Notes: a model not told the origin generated them from the letters alone. A stretch of 57,414 nt of DNA from Candidatus Omnitrophota bacterium (GCA_963828495.1 CAWHFJ010000010.1:1-57414), one strand, 5' to 3'. Shown: positions 1-10,220, counted from the stretch's first letter. Numbers and translations: made by a program.

Positions 1-264
1 TCCGTGTCGGGTCACCGACGGTGCTTCAATTCGCCGCTGATAATCAACCGTTACTTGGCTGTAGCGGACACATCCCCGAGTCGCCTTACCATGATGGTGG
101 GAAATGGATTGCCCATGTCGGAAAAACGGTATGGCTGCAACCCGGCCAGATTAATTTCAAACTCCATTATGTGAATTTGGAAATTACCGGAGACTTTTCC
201 ATCAACTCAATCCGTCACAGCATTTTCGGCAAGGAAGCATGAACCAAATGGAAATGAAACTCAA

Positions 265-822
265 ATGAGTGAAAAGAAAACCACCGGCTGGCAGAATATG
301 CGCCGGCAATTGGACAACAGGTCGAAACCCGTGCTAATCGCGTTGGTCAAAGACCTTCACGATGCTTCGCCGGATAATCGCGATTTTCTTCTGGCCCGCT
401 TTCAGGTGGAAGACGATGCCGGCGCGGCCTTGGAAAAATACCGGCGCAAGATCGTGGAACAGTTCTTTCCGGCGCGCGGCGATGGAAAACTCAAACTGGC
501 CGAGGCGCGCAAGGCCATCCGCGATTATCGCAAGGCCACCGGCAATCTGGCCGGCACAATTGATTTGATGTTGACCTATGTGGAGAACGGCACCGAGTTC
601 ACGCATGAATTTGGCGACATTAACGAGTCCTTTTACAACAGTTTGGAATCCGTGTTGACCGAGATGGCGCAACTGCTCATGCGCGAAGGGAAAGAACTTT
701 ATCCGCGCTTTCGTGAGCGGATTCGGCGGTTGGCAATTCTCGTGGACGGCATCGGGTGGGGCTATGGTGATGCCGTGCGTGATCAAGTGTTTCAACTCGA
801 AAACGAACTGGCTGGCGAATGA
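265..822 (+). CDS. Conserved hypothetical protein (DUF6155-like, helical)
   Basis: 185-aa ATG-started ORF with natural protein composition; KLKLAEARKAIRDYRKATG and GWGYGD motifs resemble that family (recall, not searched). Confidence 0.55.
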   Translation: MSEKKTTGWQNMRRQLDNRSKPVLIALVKDLHDASPDNRDFLLARFQVEDDAGAALEKYRRKIVEQFFPARGDGKLKLAEARKAIRDYRKATGNLAGTIDLMLTYVENGTEFTHEFGDINESFYNSLESVLTEMAQLLMREGKELYPRFRERIRRLAILVDGIGWGYGDAVRDQVFQLENELAGE

Positions 823-1058
823 GGCCGCTTTCGGAAATCTTATTAGAATTCGCCCAACCCCGGTTGGGTGATAAACCGGATGAGGACCGGTTTCGTGCCG
901 TCATGGATCAGGTGGTTTTGTTGTGGAATCTGGCGCTGGTGCCGCCAACGGAACAAGACCTTTACTGGAAACAGATTTGGAAGATGGACCGGAATGAAAC
1001 CGCCCTAAGTGGCGTGAGCGTCGCGTGCCCGCAGGACAAATCCGCACTTTACTTTTAG
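819..1058 (+). CDS. Short hypothetical protein, possibly truncated
   Basis: ATGA overlap with upstream stop; 79 aa; C-terminus looks degenerate. Confidence 0.35.
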   Translation: MRPLSEILLEFAQPRLGDKPDEDRFRAVMDQVVLLWNLALVPPTEQDLYWKQIWKMDRNETALSGVSVACPQDKSALYF

Positions 1059-1084
1059 CCGTCTAAAAGTAAATTAGTCCTGCA

Positions 1085-2218
1085 ATGATTCAACGGCCAT
1101 TCTGGACTGACCGGCTCGTCGCCGCGTGGAAACAGGCATCCATTGTCTGGCTGACCGGGCCGCGGCGGGCGGGCAAGACGGTGCTGGCACAGAGCCTGCC
1201 GGACGCGGAGTTTCTCAACTGCGACCTGCCCAGTGTGGCGGAACGGCTGCGCGACCCGGAAAGTTTTTTCCGGTCGGTGAAAAAAAAGTTCGTGGTATTG
1301 GACGAAGTGCACCAGCTTCCCGATCCGAGCCGGCTGCTGAAGATTGGCGCGGATGCTTTTCCCAAGTTGAAAATCCTGGCGACGGGTTCTTCCACGCTCG
1401 CGGCCACGCAAAAGTTCCGCGACAGTCTGACGGGGCGCAAGCGGGTGGTGGAGCTGGTGCCGGTGTTGCATGAGGAATTGCCGGCCTTCGGCGTGGCGGA
1501 TTTGCGGGAGCGCTTGTTGCGCGGCGGTCTGCCGCCCGCCCTGCTCGCGAAGGAACACAATCCAGAATTCTACGCCGAGTGGCTGGACTCCTACTTCGCG
1601 CGCGATGTGCAGGAGCTTTTTCGGCTGGAGAAGCGCGCCGGTTTCCTGCGCGTGCTGGAATTGTTGATGCGCCAGAGCGGCGGAATGCTGGAAGTGACGA
1701 AGTTGGCCGTTGAAAGCCAGATTAGCCGGCCTGCGGTCACGAACTGGCTGGAGGTTTATCAGATCACGCATGTGGCGCATCTGGTGCGGCCGTATTCGGC
1801 GGGCGGGCGGCGCGAGATCGTCGCGCAGCCGAAAGTGTTTGGATTCGACACGGGGCTGGTCTGCCACGCGCGCGGCTGGGATCATCTGCGGACGGAGGAT
1901 TGCGGCGTGTTGTGGGAGCATCTCGTGCTGGACACACTCATTGCCGCCGGAGCGCCGAAAATTCATTTCTGGCGCGACAAACAGCAGCGCGAAGTGGACT
2001 TCGTCGTGCCACACGGGCGCGACGCGGTTGACGCCATCGAATGCAAATGGAACCCCGAAGCCTTCGAGATGCGCGGACTGGCGGCTTTTCGTGAACAATA
2101 TCCAAAAGGAAAAAACTACGCCGTCAGTCCGTTGAACGGCCCGTCGTATGAGCGTGTTCAGGGTGGGCTGAAAATCTCGATTGTTTCACCGGAAGAATTG
2201 CGTCAAGCGATGGCCTGA
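1085..2218 (+). CDS. AAA+ ATP-binding protein with DUF4143 C-terminal domain
   Basis: Walker A GPRRAGKT, Walker B VVLDEVH, TGSS motif, C-terminal FWRD..REVDFV..AIECK nuclease-like motif. Confidence 0.85.
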   Translation: MIQRPFWTDRLVAAWKQASIVWLTGPRRAGKTVLAQSLPDAEFLNCDLPSVAERLRDPESFFRSVKKKFVVLDEVHQLPDPSRLLKIGADAFPKLKILATGSSTLAATQKFRDSLTGRKRVVELVPVLHEELPAFGVADLRERLLRGGLPPALLAKEHNPEFYAEWLDSYFARDVQELFRLEKRAGFLRVLELLMRQSGGMLEVTKLAVESQISRPAVTNWLEVYQITHVAHLVRPYSAGGRREIVAQPKVFGFDTGLVCHARGWDHLRTEDCGVLWEHLVLDTLIAAGAPKIHFWRDKQQREVDFVVPHGRDAVDAIECKWNPEAFEMRGLAAFREQYPKGKNYAVSPLNGPSYERVQGGLKISIVSPEELRQAMA

Positions 2219-2490
2219 TCGTGTGGGCAGGTTGCGCTGTTTCATCTCCGCACATAACGGCGGAACAGCTTGAGGCAACCAGACTTCGGCTGCTTGCTTT
2301 CGCCGTAGAAGAACTGGAACAATTTGCGAAGTTGTCTTAAAAACTTGCACCCGACTTGTAACCCATCGGGAAAAATTTGGATTTTATGAGAAGACGAGAG
2401 TTGACACGAAAAAGTGAATAATGACCAATGAAAATCACCCTTGAGTTTTCGGTTGAACTATGAAATTTGAAAGTCCAGATTGCAGGCGTG

Positions 2491-2528
2491 AGCCAGCCGC
2501 CGGTAGCGGTGGCTTGGGATTGTTAGGC
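2491..2528 (+). other. Possible degenerate integron attC right half
   Basis: Hairpin AGCCA(G)CCGC..GCGGTGGCT with a bulged G, then GTTAGGC (GTTRRRY) at 2522-2528 just before a small ORF. Confidence 0.3.
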
Positions 2529-2545
2529 GCATGATCCATTAATTG

Positions 2546-2809
2546 ATGATTATCAAATTCATTCTTTTGGCGGCTTTGGTTCGTTTGTTGCTCGCGACCG
2601 ACAAGCCGTTTCTTTGTTCCGGCATTTATGCCGGCGTTGCTTTTTTGTTGGGTCTCATCTTTGGCAATCCATTTCTGGTTGTTTTGATTCATGCTTCCAT
2701 CAGTTTTTTGCTGGCGAGCGTTTATTTCTGGTCGCTGGATAAGTTGGATGGTTCAGAAGTTTTGTGGTGGCTGGTTGCCATCGTCGGGATTGTGATTGGT
2801 TTGGTATGA
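2546..2809 (+). CDS. Small integral membrane protein (cassette-like)
   Basis: 87-aa strongly hydrophobic ORF, AT-richer than its flanks. Confidence 0.6.
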   Translation: MIIKFILLAALVRLLLATDKPFLCSGIYAGVAFLLGLIFGNPFLVVLIHASISFLLASVYFWSLDKLDGSEVLWWLVAIVGIVIGLV

Positions 2810-2843
2810 CAGCTGCCTCCTAATTTCAGGACAACTGCAAGCT

Positions 2844-3311
2844 TCAATAGCGGATCTTGTCCGGCTTGTCCCGCCATTCCTTGAAAACTTTCAGCGCCTC
2901 GCCGCGCAGGAGTTGTCGCATTGGAATTTTGCGGCGCGAAGCCGGTCGCGCCATTTCGCGGCAAATCAAATCGTCGTCAAAGCCGACGGCCGCCGCGTCG
3001 CGCCGCGCGCCGGCGTAGAAAATGTTCCCAATGCGCGCCCAGTAAATCGCCGCCAGACACATTGGACACGGCTCGCAACTGGTGTAAATCTCGCAGTCCT
3101 CCAGCCGGAAGGTCTTGAGCCGGCGGCATGCCTCGCGGATGGCCGTCACCTCCGCGTGAGCCGTCGGATCGTTCGTGGAAGTCACGCGGTTCCAACCGCG
3201 CCCGACGATTTTGCCGCGCCGCACCACGACCGCGCCGAACGGCCCGCCGTCTCCGCGCCGCATTTTTTCGAGCGAGAGCCGAATGGCCGAACGCATGAAT
3301 TCCATTTTCAC
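2844..3311 (-). CDS. guaD: Guanine/nucleoside deaminase (cytidine deaminase fold)
   Basis: GGPFGAVVV, NDPTAHAE, SCEPCPMC zinc motif, GFDD. Confidence 0.85.
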   Translation of the reverse strand: MKMEFMRSAIRLSLEKMRRGDGGPFGAVVVRRGKIVGRGWNRVTSTNDPTAHAEVTAIREACRRLKTFRLEDCEIYTSCEPCPMCLAAIYWARIGNIFYAGARRDAAAVGFDDDLICREMARPASRRKIPMRQLLRGEALKVFKEWRDKPDKIRY

Positions 3312-3542
3312 CGGGATATTTTAATCACGGATGGCCCCGGATGCACACGGATTTTACGGCTTTAACGCGGATTTGTCCCGCCGGTTATGAAAAGCACACG
3401 ATACCGCGCAATTTGACTCGCCCGGGCGCGCGGCACCGCGTGTTGCCAGCGTCAACACGCAGACGGTTGCGCGGATGGATTTTTTTATTCCGACGGTTTT
3501 ATTATTTTCAATTCTGTGAATTTTGTAAATTCTGTCTAAAAT

Positions 3543-4085
3543 GTGAGCGTTGTGAAGAACATCGTTTATTTTGATTTGGAAACGCAGAAAGCCGCGGAGG
3601 AAGTCGGCGGCTGGAGCCACATTTCAAAAATGGGCATGAGCGTCGGCGTCACGTTCGGCACCGCGCGCGGCGATTACAAAATTTACGGCGAGCAACAGGT
3701 GAACGACCTCATCGCGGATTTGCAGCGCGCCGATCTCGTCGTCGGCTTCAACAATCTGCGGTTCGATTACGAGGTGCTGCACGGCTACACGTCGTTCGAT
3801 CTGCGCCAGTTGCCGACGCTCGACATGATGGTGGAACTGCAAAACAAATTGAACCACCGGCTCTCGCTCGACTCGATTGCGACGGCGACCTTCGGCGTCG
3901 AGAAAACAGCGGAGGGCTTGCAGGCCATCCGCTGGTTCAAGGACGGCCGGCTCGCGGAAATCGCGGAGTATTGCTGCTTCGACGTAAAAATCACCAGGCT
4001 CGTCCACGAATACGGCCAGCGTCACAAGCAACTGCATTACAGCAATCGCTTCGGCAAGAAAATGACCGTGCCGGTGAGCTGGTGA
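3543..4085 (+). CDS. RNase H-like (YprB/DEDD-type) exonuclease domain protein
   Basis: YFDLET, GFNNLRFD and EYCCFDV acidic motifs of the DEDD/RNase_H_2 fold. Confidence 0.75.
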   Translation: MSVVKNIVYFDLETQKAAEEVGGWSHISKMGMSVGVTFGTARGDYKIYGEQQVNDLIADLQRADLVVGFNNLRFDYEVLHGYTSFDLRQLPTLDMMVELQNKLNHRLSLDSIATATFGVEKTAEGLQAIRWFKDGRLAEIAEYCCFDVKITRLVHEYGQRHKQLHYSNRFGKKMTVPVSW

Positions 4086-4459
4086 ATTGGCGAATGACGT
4101 GGCGGGCCGGCACCTGATGCATTGTTGCCGCACCAGCCCGTCTTCGACTGGTGGAATGGCGCGCGAGAGAGGACTTGAAACGTGATTTACATTTCGCGTT
4201 GTTGCTAAAAAACTCAAAAATAGGCTGTCTCCATTCGCGAAAACAGGCTTCCTGTTATTTTGCCATCGAACCAAAATGCAAGGATGCGCAAAATTTCTGT
4301 CAGCAAATGTCAGCAGACTTTCCCTTTCAAACCTTGTTTGCCGATTCTTCTACCGCGGCCTTCGCCGCATCCATCAATTCCCGCAACTGTCCGTGCCGGG
4401 GCGCAAAAAAACATACACCCACTACGACACCAACACCACCCAAAATCAAAAGTTCGTCG

Positions 4460-4504
4460 TGTAGTTTTCAAAAGCGGAAAAGAGTGTGCGAGCAAAAGCG
4501 GAAA
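4460..4504. mobile_element. Probable IS terminal end with tandem transposase-binding repeats
   Basis: TGT at 4460, then CAAAAGCGGAAA twice (4469-4480, 4493-4504), immediately downstream of the stop of a transposase-like fragment. Confidence 0.4.
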
Positions 4505-4507
4505 GAT

Positions 4508-4880
4508 TTAGAAGGCCGGAATAAGGAGGACAAAGGGTTTGGCTTTTGGATCAGGGGCATGGCGGAGGTAATAGAGGTCGCCATCCGCGCGTAAGCAGCG
4601 AATGACGATGGAACGCGGTGGAGCCTCAATGGCCTGACGCTGGGAGCCAGCGGGAACTTTGCCGTCGTCGCCGACGCGGACGCGGGATTGCTGGCTCCAG
4701 ACAAACGGCCACCAGGGACAAGCCGGGACGGGCCGCAGCATGGAGCGTTTTTCTGCAACGGCTTGAGTTTTGGCGGCGAGCGGGGTGGTGCCCCGTTCAC
4801 GATGGATTTCGTGTTGGTTGACGTGGGGCAGGAGTTGGTCGAGCAAACGGTTGGCCCCTTCGAGTTCGTGGATGGGCGTC
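4508..4880 (-). pseudogene. C-terminal fragment of a putative transposase
   Basis: NQHEIHRE.GTTP resembles the N..R.H..LG.TP end of integrase-core DDE transposases; no N-terminal part. Confidence 0.4.
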
Positions 4881-4942
4881 GGCTCGTTGGAGTCAATGCG
4901 CAATGCGACTTCCTCTTCTCCCATATCCGACATAGAATCTAA

Positions 4943-6006
4943 CAGAGCAATCGAGGAAAACCTGGCCTTTCAAGAAATGATTTCAGGACCGCCAAACTGG
5001 ATTGTTTTCGCGACATCATTGGGGCGCTGTTTGAATACAAGGCCCGCCATGAAGCCAATGCCAGGGAGAATTTCCAACTAACGGCCATCGGCAAAAAGAT
5101 TTGGGAAACGCTAGACTTTGCGATTGGTCGCCGAGCCATGGTGGTATTGGATGGACTGGAAGGGCGCGGCAAAAGCGAGGCCGTGAAAGCCTGGTGCGCC
5201 TGGCACTTGGGCACGGCGCGATTTGTCAGCTTGAAGGGGATCGCCAGCACACGCTCGGCATTTCGAGAAGTCTCCAAGGCGCTCGGCACTACGTCCAGTT
5301 ACACGCGGAAGGCTCCCGAAATACAGGCACGCATCGAAGACGTGCTGGAGCGCTCCAGGCTGATGCTTGTGGTGGACGAGGCGCATTTCCTGTTCAACCA
5401 AAGCCGCCGCATGTATTCACGGCCGGAACTGGTGGACTGGATTGACACGGCCATTTGCAATCAAGCGTGCCAATCGCACTCGTGACAACGCCACAATTCA
5501 TTGTCTGCATGACGCGCGCCGCTGACCAGGTGGAATGGAACTTCCGCCAGTTTCGCCGGCGCGTCAAACGATGGGAGAAACTGCCGGCGGCCAACTCGGA
5601 AGAGGACATCAAATCCGTCGCGAGGAGCGTTTTCAAAAAAGCCGACGCGCGAGCGATTTCAAAAATCGTCGGCTACGCCCTGTTAAGCAAACGCGATCTG
5701 TCGGCTGTTGACGACCTGGCGGATGAAGTGCGCACCATGCTTGGCACGGATGATTCGAGCAAGGCAACCGTGGATCACGTTCACCGTGCGATTTACGATT
5801 TCCTTTTGCCGAGCGACAAAACTTTTTTAGAGGGCATGGAGGTAGCGCGACAGACTCGCCGCACGTCGTTTCACAAACCGTTGTCTCCAGAGCCAGCGGA
5901 AGAGCCGCTGGAACCGGCACAGGAAGAAATCCGGGGTGTCTCGCGCGGCATCGCGCCGGGGTGGGCAGCGGGGCGGACCGGCGCGTCGAGGATCCGGCCG
6001 CATTAA
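4943..6006 (+). pseudogene. AAA ATPase (MuB/TniB/ExeA-like), frameshifted near 5460, N-terminus missing
   Basis: Walker A GLEGRGKS, Walker B LVVDEAH; frame open from 4943 without a start; continues in ORF 5455..6006 (VPIALVTTPQF). Confidence 0.6.
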
Positions 6007-6029
6007 TTGCGGCTTAAACCAGCTTCTAA

Positions 6030-7418
6030 TAATACTAGGTTAAGTAATCATTGACAGGGTGTCGGCCTTTTGGATATGCTTTCTGCGTGAAAGCAAACCA
6101 GATGGCCGCCTTGGACAAACGTTTGGATGGATTCCTGCAAGATTTGCTGGCGCCGCTGGGGCGGAGCGAGCGACGGCATTGGGCGAAGGTCTATTTACAG
6201 GGATTACTGTTGGACGGCGATCGTAAATCCATAGAACCGATGGCCGAGCGCATTCAGGGCGCCGAGGTGCAGGCCTTGCGGCAGTTTGTGGGTCAAAGTC
6301 CCTGGGCCGTGGCGGAAGTGCAACGGCGGCTGGCCGAGCAGATCGTCGATGAGTTGAGTGAACCCGAAGTGTGGATGATTGACGAGACTTCTTTCCCCAA
6401 GGCTGGAGATTCTTCGGTCGGAGTGGCGCGACAGTATTGTGGTGCCTTGGGCAAAGTGGCCAATTGTCAGGTCGCGGTGAGTTTGCATTGGAGCACGGCG
6501 CAAATGAGTTGTCCTTTATCCTGGCGGCTTTATCTGCCACGGCTGTGGTTGGAAGATCCGCAGCGCCGGGCGTTGGGAAAGATTCCGCCCGCTCAGGTTT
6601 ATCAGAGCAAAACCCAACTTGCCTTGGAACTGATTGACCAAGCATTGCAATGGGAAGTGCCGCGATTGCCGGTGGTGGCCGATTCGGCTTATGGCAACGA
6701 TTTTGACTTTCGTGCCGCCTTGCGGGAGCGTGGGCTGGCTTATGGCGTCGCGGTGGAACCCAATTTGAAAGTCTGGTTGGAAGACCCCAATAACATTAAG
6801 CTTCCGGCCCGCAAACGCACTGGCCGCCCGCGTCAATTTCCTCGGTTATCAGACCTGCCTGCTGCGCTGGACTTATTGACCGCAGCTCAACAACTGCCCG
6901 CCTACGCTTGGCGAACCGTCATTTGGCGTCAAGGCAGCAAGGGGGCGATGAGTTCTCGCTTTGCCAAAGTAAAGGTGTGGGCGGCGCACGGTTGGAAGCG
7001 GCAAGAACATCCGCCCCGCGTGGCTGAGTGGCTCTTGATCGAATGGCCCAGCAATCAGGAGCACCCGACGGATTACTGGCTCGCGCAATTGGGAAATCAA
7101 CCCGTGGGACTGCGCCGACTGGTGCGGACGGTTCGCGCGCGCTGGCGGGTAGAGTTGGACTATCGCGAAATGAAGGAAGAATTGGGATTGGATCATTATG
7201 AAGGACGCCACTGGCTGGGCTGGCATCATCATGTGACACTGGTATCGCTGGCATTTGCCTTTCTGCGAAGCGAACAAAGCCGCAGTAAAAAAAACTTCTG
7301 GCTGGACGTTGCCGATGATGCGGCGGCGACTGCAGGTTGGGTTGATTCGACTGACCGGCCGGTGCCCGTGGTGCCTGACGACCTTTGAAAACTCTTGTTG
7401 ATACTTAACCTAGTATTA
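6030..7418 (+). mobile_element. Complete IS701-family insertion sequence (1389 bp)
   Basis: Perfect 17-bp TIR TAATACTAGGTTAAGTA (6030-6046) / TACTTAACCTAGTATTA (7402-7418); 4-bp target duplication CTAA (6026-6029, 7419-7422). Confidence 0.92.
6087..7388 (+). CDS. IS701-family DDE transposase
   Basis: IDETSFPKAG..SVGVARQYCG..GKVANCQVAV, VVADSAYG, RWRVELDYREMKEELGLDHYEGR; TTGACA-N18-TATGCT just upstream suggests a GTG start at 6087. Confidence 0.92.
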   Translation: MKANQMAALDKRLDGFLQDLLAPLGRSERRHWAKVYLQGLLLDGDRKSIEPMAERIQGAEVQALRQFVGQSPWAVAEVQRRLAEQIVDELSEPEVWMIDETSFPKAGDSSVGVARQYCGALGKVANCQVAVSLHWSTAQMSCPLSWRLYLPRLWLEDPQRRALGKIPPAQVYQSKTQLALELIDQALQWEVPRLPVVADSAYGNDFDFRAALRERGLAYGVAVEPNLKVWLEDPNNIKLPARKRTGRPRQFPRLSDLPAALDLLTAAQQLPAYAWRTVIWRQGSKGAMSSRFAKVKVWAAHGWKRQEHPPRVAEWLLIEWPSNQEHPTDYWLAQLGNQPVGLRRLVRTVRARWRVELDYREMKEELGLDHYEGRHWLGWHHHVTLVSLAFAFLRSEQSRSKKNFWLDVADDAAATAGWVDSTDRPVPVVPDDL

Positions 7419-7551
7419 CTAATACCCGGTTAATCCGGGGTTGAATCTACGGTTTTACACCCGCCAAAAGGGTGCGCAATTTCCCTGCCTTCACTTTCGG
7501 GACTTGGAACTCTCGCAAACCGGACAGATTCACCGCGCTTTTACAAATCAC

Positions 7552-7590
7552 AGGGTATCCCCGCCGCGGGGAAGGGTGCGGGGATACCCT
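7552..7590. repeat. Perfect 13-bp inverted repeat (REP-like hairpin)
   Basis: AGGGTATCCCCGC-N13-GCGGGGATACCCT. Confidence 0.5.
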
Positions 7591-7787
7591 AAAGCGGTTC
7601 AATTCCCGTCGCCTCCACCAGGCATTGGAGCGACGCCTTGTCCTTGAAAAAAGGTTCGAGCGGCCCGATACAAATGCACCAACCTTCGCTCTCCACTGCG
7701 AGCTTCCTTCGGTCCGGCAAGCCAGCATGAATCATTTGAGGCTTCCGAAAAAATGCGAAGACTGCCGCACCAAAGCGAAAGCGGGAT

Positions 7788-8675
7788 TCAACAAACCACG
7801 CGCAATTTTTCGCGTTCCACTGAAAATTTCACGGGCAAATTCCCGGCAAGCTCGCCGTCCAGTTCAAAAGATGCCGCTGCGTCACTCGACAATTCAAACG
7901 TCACCGTGCGAAACCGCCGCACCAGCTTTTCCGGCAATTTCCGCCGCGCGACCAAACCCGGCGCGCAACGCAGCAGCACCGGCCAGTTGACGCGCGGCAA
8001 AACGCAAATCTCCAGCATCCCGCCGCACAAACAGGAGTGCGGAAAAATTTCAAACGGCCCGCCGTAAAATTTCCCGTTGCCGATCAAAACCAGTTCGCCG
8101 ATGAATTTTTCTCCGCCCGCCTGCGCGGTAATTTTGGGTTTTGTCTCGCGCAGCGCCTTCAGCCCGGCGATGACATAGGCCAGCGGCCCGACCTTTTTCT
8201 TGTGCTGCCAGTCCACGAGTTCAATCGCCCGCGCATCAAGCCCCGCGCCGGCGAGTTGGACAAAATAACGCCGCCCGGTCCTGCCGTTGGCGGAAAATTC
8301 CGCTCGCGGCAGGTCAATTTTCATTTCGCTGCCACGCCGCAATACGTCCCAGGCATGTTCGAGCCGGAGCGGAATTTTGAGTTCGCGCGCAAAAACGTTC
8401 ACCGTGCCCAGCGGCAGCACGCCGAGCCGCGCCCGCGCAAAGCCGTCCGGCGCGTCGCCGAGGCCGTTCAGGACTTCGTTGATGGTTCCGTCGCCGCCGG
8501 CGGCCGCAATCAAATCGTATCCTTCGCCGATCGCCTCCGCCGCGAGCCGCCGCGCGTCGCCCGGCGCGGCAGTGGCCTTCAACGCGCATTGTGCACCGAT
8601 GAAGTCGAGTTGGCGGCGAAAATGCCGGGCTCTGTTGCCGCGGGCCGCCGGATTGAAGATGACGCAGATGCGCAC
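7788..8675 (-). CDS. Diacylglycerol kinase family lipid kinase (YegS/BmrU-like)
   Basis: IFNPAARG, AAGGDGTINEV, LPLGTVNVFAREL, ELDGE motifs. Confidence 0.9.
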   Translation of the reverse strand: MRICVIFNPAARGNRARHFRRQLDFIGAQCALKATAAPGDARRLAAEAIGEGYDLIAAAGGDGTINEVLNGLGDAPDGFARARLGVLPLGTVNVFARELKIPLRLEHAWDVLRRGSEMKIDLPRAEFSANGRTGRRYFVQLAGAGLDARAIELVDWQHKKKVGPLAYVIAGLKALRETKPKITAQAGGEKFIGELVLIGNGKFYGGPFEIFPHSCLCGGMLEICVLPRVNWPVLLRCAPGLVARRKLPEKLVRRFRTVTFELSSDAAASFELDGELAGNLPVKFSVEREKLRVVC

Positions 8676-8757
8676 AGACGCATGATTTTGGCATGGGAAG
8701 TTTTAGTCGAGGAGAAAGCGAATTGCATTCGGCGCGTTTTTTCCCGAAACTGGCAGT

Positions 8758-9066
8758 GTGAACGACTCGAAACACTGGACGGTTCCCAAATGGCCGTTTC
8801 TTCTCGGCGACGCGCTGCTGCTCACCGCCGCGTATTTTTTTATCCAACTGGCTCCGCGCCCGGTTGACCGCTGGGAAATCGTCACCGCCGCCGCGTGCGT
8901 CGCGCTCGGCGCGGTTCTCGGCGCGATGCCGTTCATTCTGGATTACCGCGCCATTGTCAAAGTCATTGAAGCCGGCGCGCTTGGCTCCATCGGCGAAAAA
9001 ATCCAGAACCTCGAAAAGCTGGCCGCGCAAATCAGCGCCGCGACAGCCGAATGGACGAACGCGCAG
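8758..9066 (+). CDS. Membrane protein N-terminus, truncated at segment junction
   Basis: Two hydrophobic helices, then coiled-coil-like sequence; frame runs into unrelated sequence after WTNAQ. Confidence 0.5.
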
Positions 9067-9187
9067 GTGCTCCGGCATTCCGGAACACCACGACGCCGTG
9101 CTCAGCGAAGAGGAGCAGGCGAGCAACGCCCAGGTCATGATCTGTTGCGCCGGCTGCAAGAGCGAGCGGCTGGTCCTCGATATGTAG
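9067..9187 (+). CDS. C-terminal fragment of PDR/VanB-type 2Fe-2S oxidoreductase
   Basis: GIPEHHDAVLSEEEQASNAQVMICCAGCKSERLVLDM* is the typical VanB C-terminus. Confidence 0.75.
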
Positions 9188-9282
9188 CTTCGGCTGCGAA
9201 TTGCCCGGGGCTCGACCCGCCGGTCGACGCTGCGATAGAGTGCGGTCCGCGCCGCGGATCGTTCCGTCAAAGTCGTCGTCTC

Positions 9283-9778
9283 ATGAACGAAAAGCTCGAC
9301 ATTACGCTCAATATCAACGGCCAGGATTATCCCGGTGCGCGTCGAGCCTCGCCGCACGCTGGTCGACGCCATCCGTGACGATTGCGGCCAGACCGGCACG
9401 CATATCGGCTGCGAGCATGGGGTCTGCGGCACCTGCACCGTCATCGTCGATGACGAGGCGGTGCCGATCCTGCCTGATGTTCGCGGTCCAGGCCGACGGC
9501 AAGAAAATCCGCACCGTCGAGGGGCTCGCCAATGGCGACGAACTCTCCGTGCTGCAGCGTGCCTTCATCGGAAAATCACGGGTTGCAGTGCGGCTATGTG
9601 CACGCCGGGTTTCCTGATGCTTGCGACAAATGTGCTCGAGCGAGACCCGCATATCGGCGACGAGGAACTGCTCGACGTGCTGTCGTCCAATCTTTGCCGC
9701 TGCACTGGCTACCAGAACATCATCAAGGCGGTGCGCGCCGCGGCGGCGCAACTGCGCGAGGCGGCAAGCCCGGCGTGA
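9283..9778 (+). CDS. CoxS-like (2Fe-2S) small subunit of a molybdenum hydroxylase, frameshifted
   Basis: GTHIGCEHGVCGTCTV, GLQCGY/CTPGF and NLCRCTGYQNI spread over several frames. Confidence 0.85.
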
Positions 9779-9915
9779 GCCGGTCTCCCGTCCCGGCCTC
9801 GATAGCTTGTTTCGAAACCTGGCCGCCTTGCAACGGCGAGGGCGGTTGCCCTCTCCGGGCAATTACGCTAAGTCCGCAAAATCTGCCGCTTTCAGCCGGA
9901 TCAGGGAGAATTGGA

Positions 9916-10068
9916 ATGGCCGATCACGGTGAAGTCACCTACGCATTGGCGACTGGCAACGACTATGCTGCGCATGAGCAGACCTACCGCGGCTTCATCA
10001 GGCTGGTGAAAGTCTCGGTGATCACCATTGCGATCATCCTCCTCCTGATGGCCTATTTCCTGGTCTGA
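9916..10068 (+). CDS. aa3-type cytochrome c oxidase subunit IV
   Basis: 50 aa; DYAAHEQTYRGF motif plus one TM helix; GGAG RBS; position before pntA as in Rhizobiales. Confidence 0.75.
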   Translation: MADHGEVTYALATGNDYAAHEQTYRGFIRLVKVSVITIAIILLLMAYFLV

Positions 10069-10097
10069 CCCATCCCAATTCGAACCACTCCTGTGGG

Positions 10098-10220
10098 ATC
10101 CGAGCCTTGGTCGGATCCGAGCCTGCTCGCATCCAAGCCTGCTCGCATCCAAGCCTGCTCGCATCCAAGCCTGGTTGCATCAAAGCCTAGTTGCATCAAA
10201 GCCTGGCCTGATCGAAGCCT
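10098..10220. repeat. Tandem repeat, about 8 units of 16-17 bp (ATCCAAGCCTGCTCGC consensus)
   Basis: Units start at 10098, 10115, 10131, 10147, 10163, 10179, 10195, 10211. Confidence 0.85.

Noticed and set aside
1055-2098. 347-aa minus-strand ORF and similar long antisense ORFs in high-GC segments
   Set aside because: Antisense shadows of well-supported genes, expected at high GC
3320-3541. 9-bp periodic motifs (CACGGAT repeats; AATTCTGTG/AATTTTGTA/AATTCTGTC) as a novel element
   Set aside because: Short and degenerate; resembles common intergenic repeats; no testable function from the sequence alone
10098-10220. CRISPR array
   Set aside because: Contiguous 16-bp units without spacers; no cas genes
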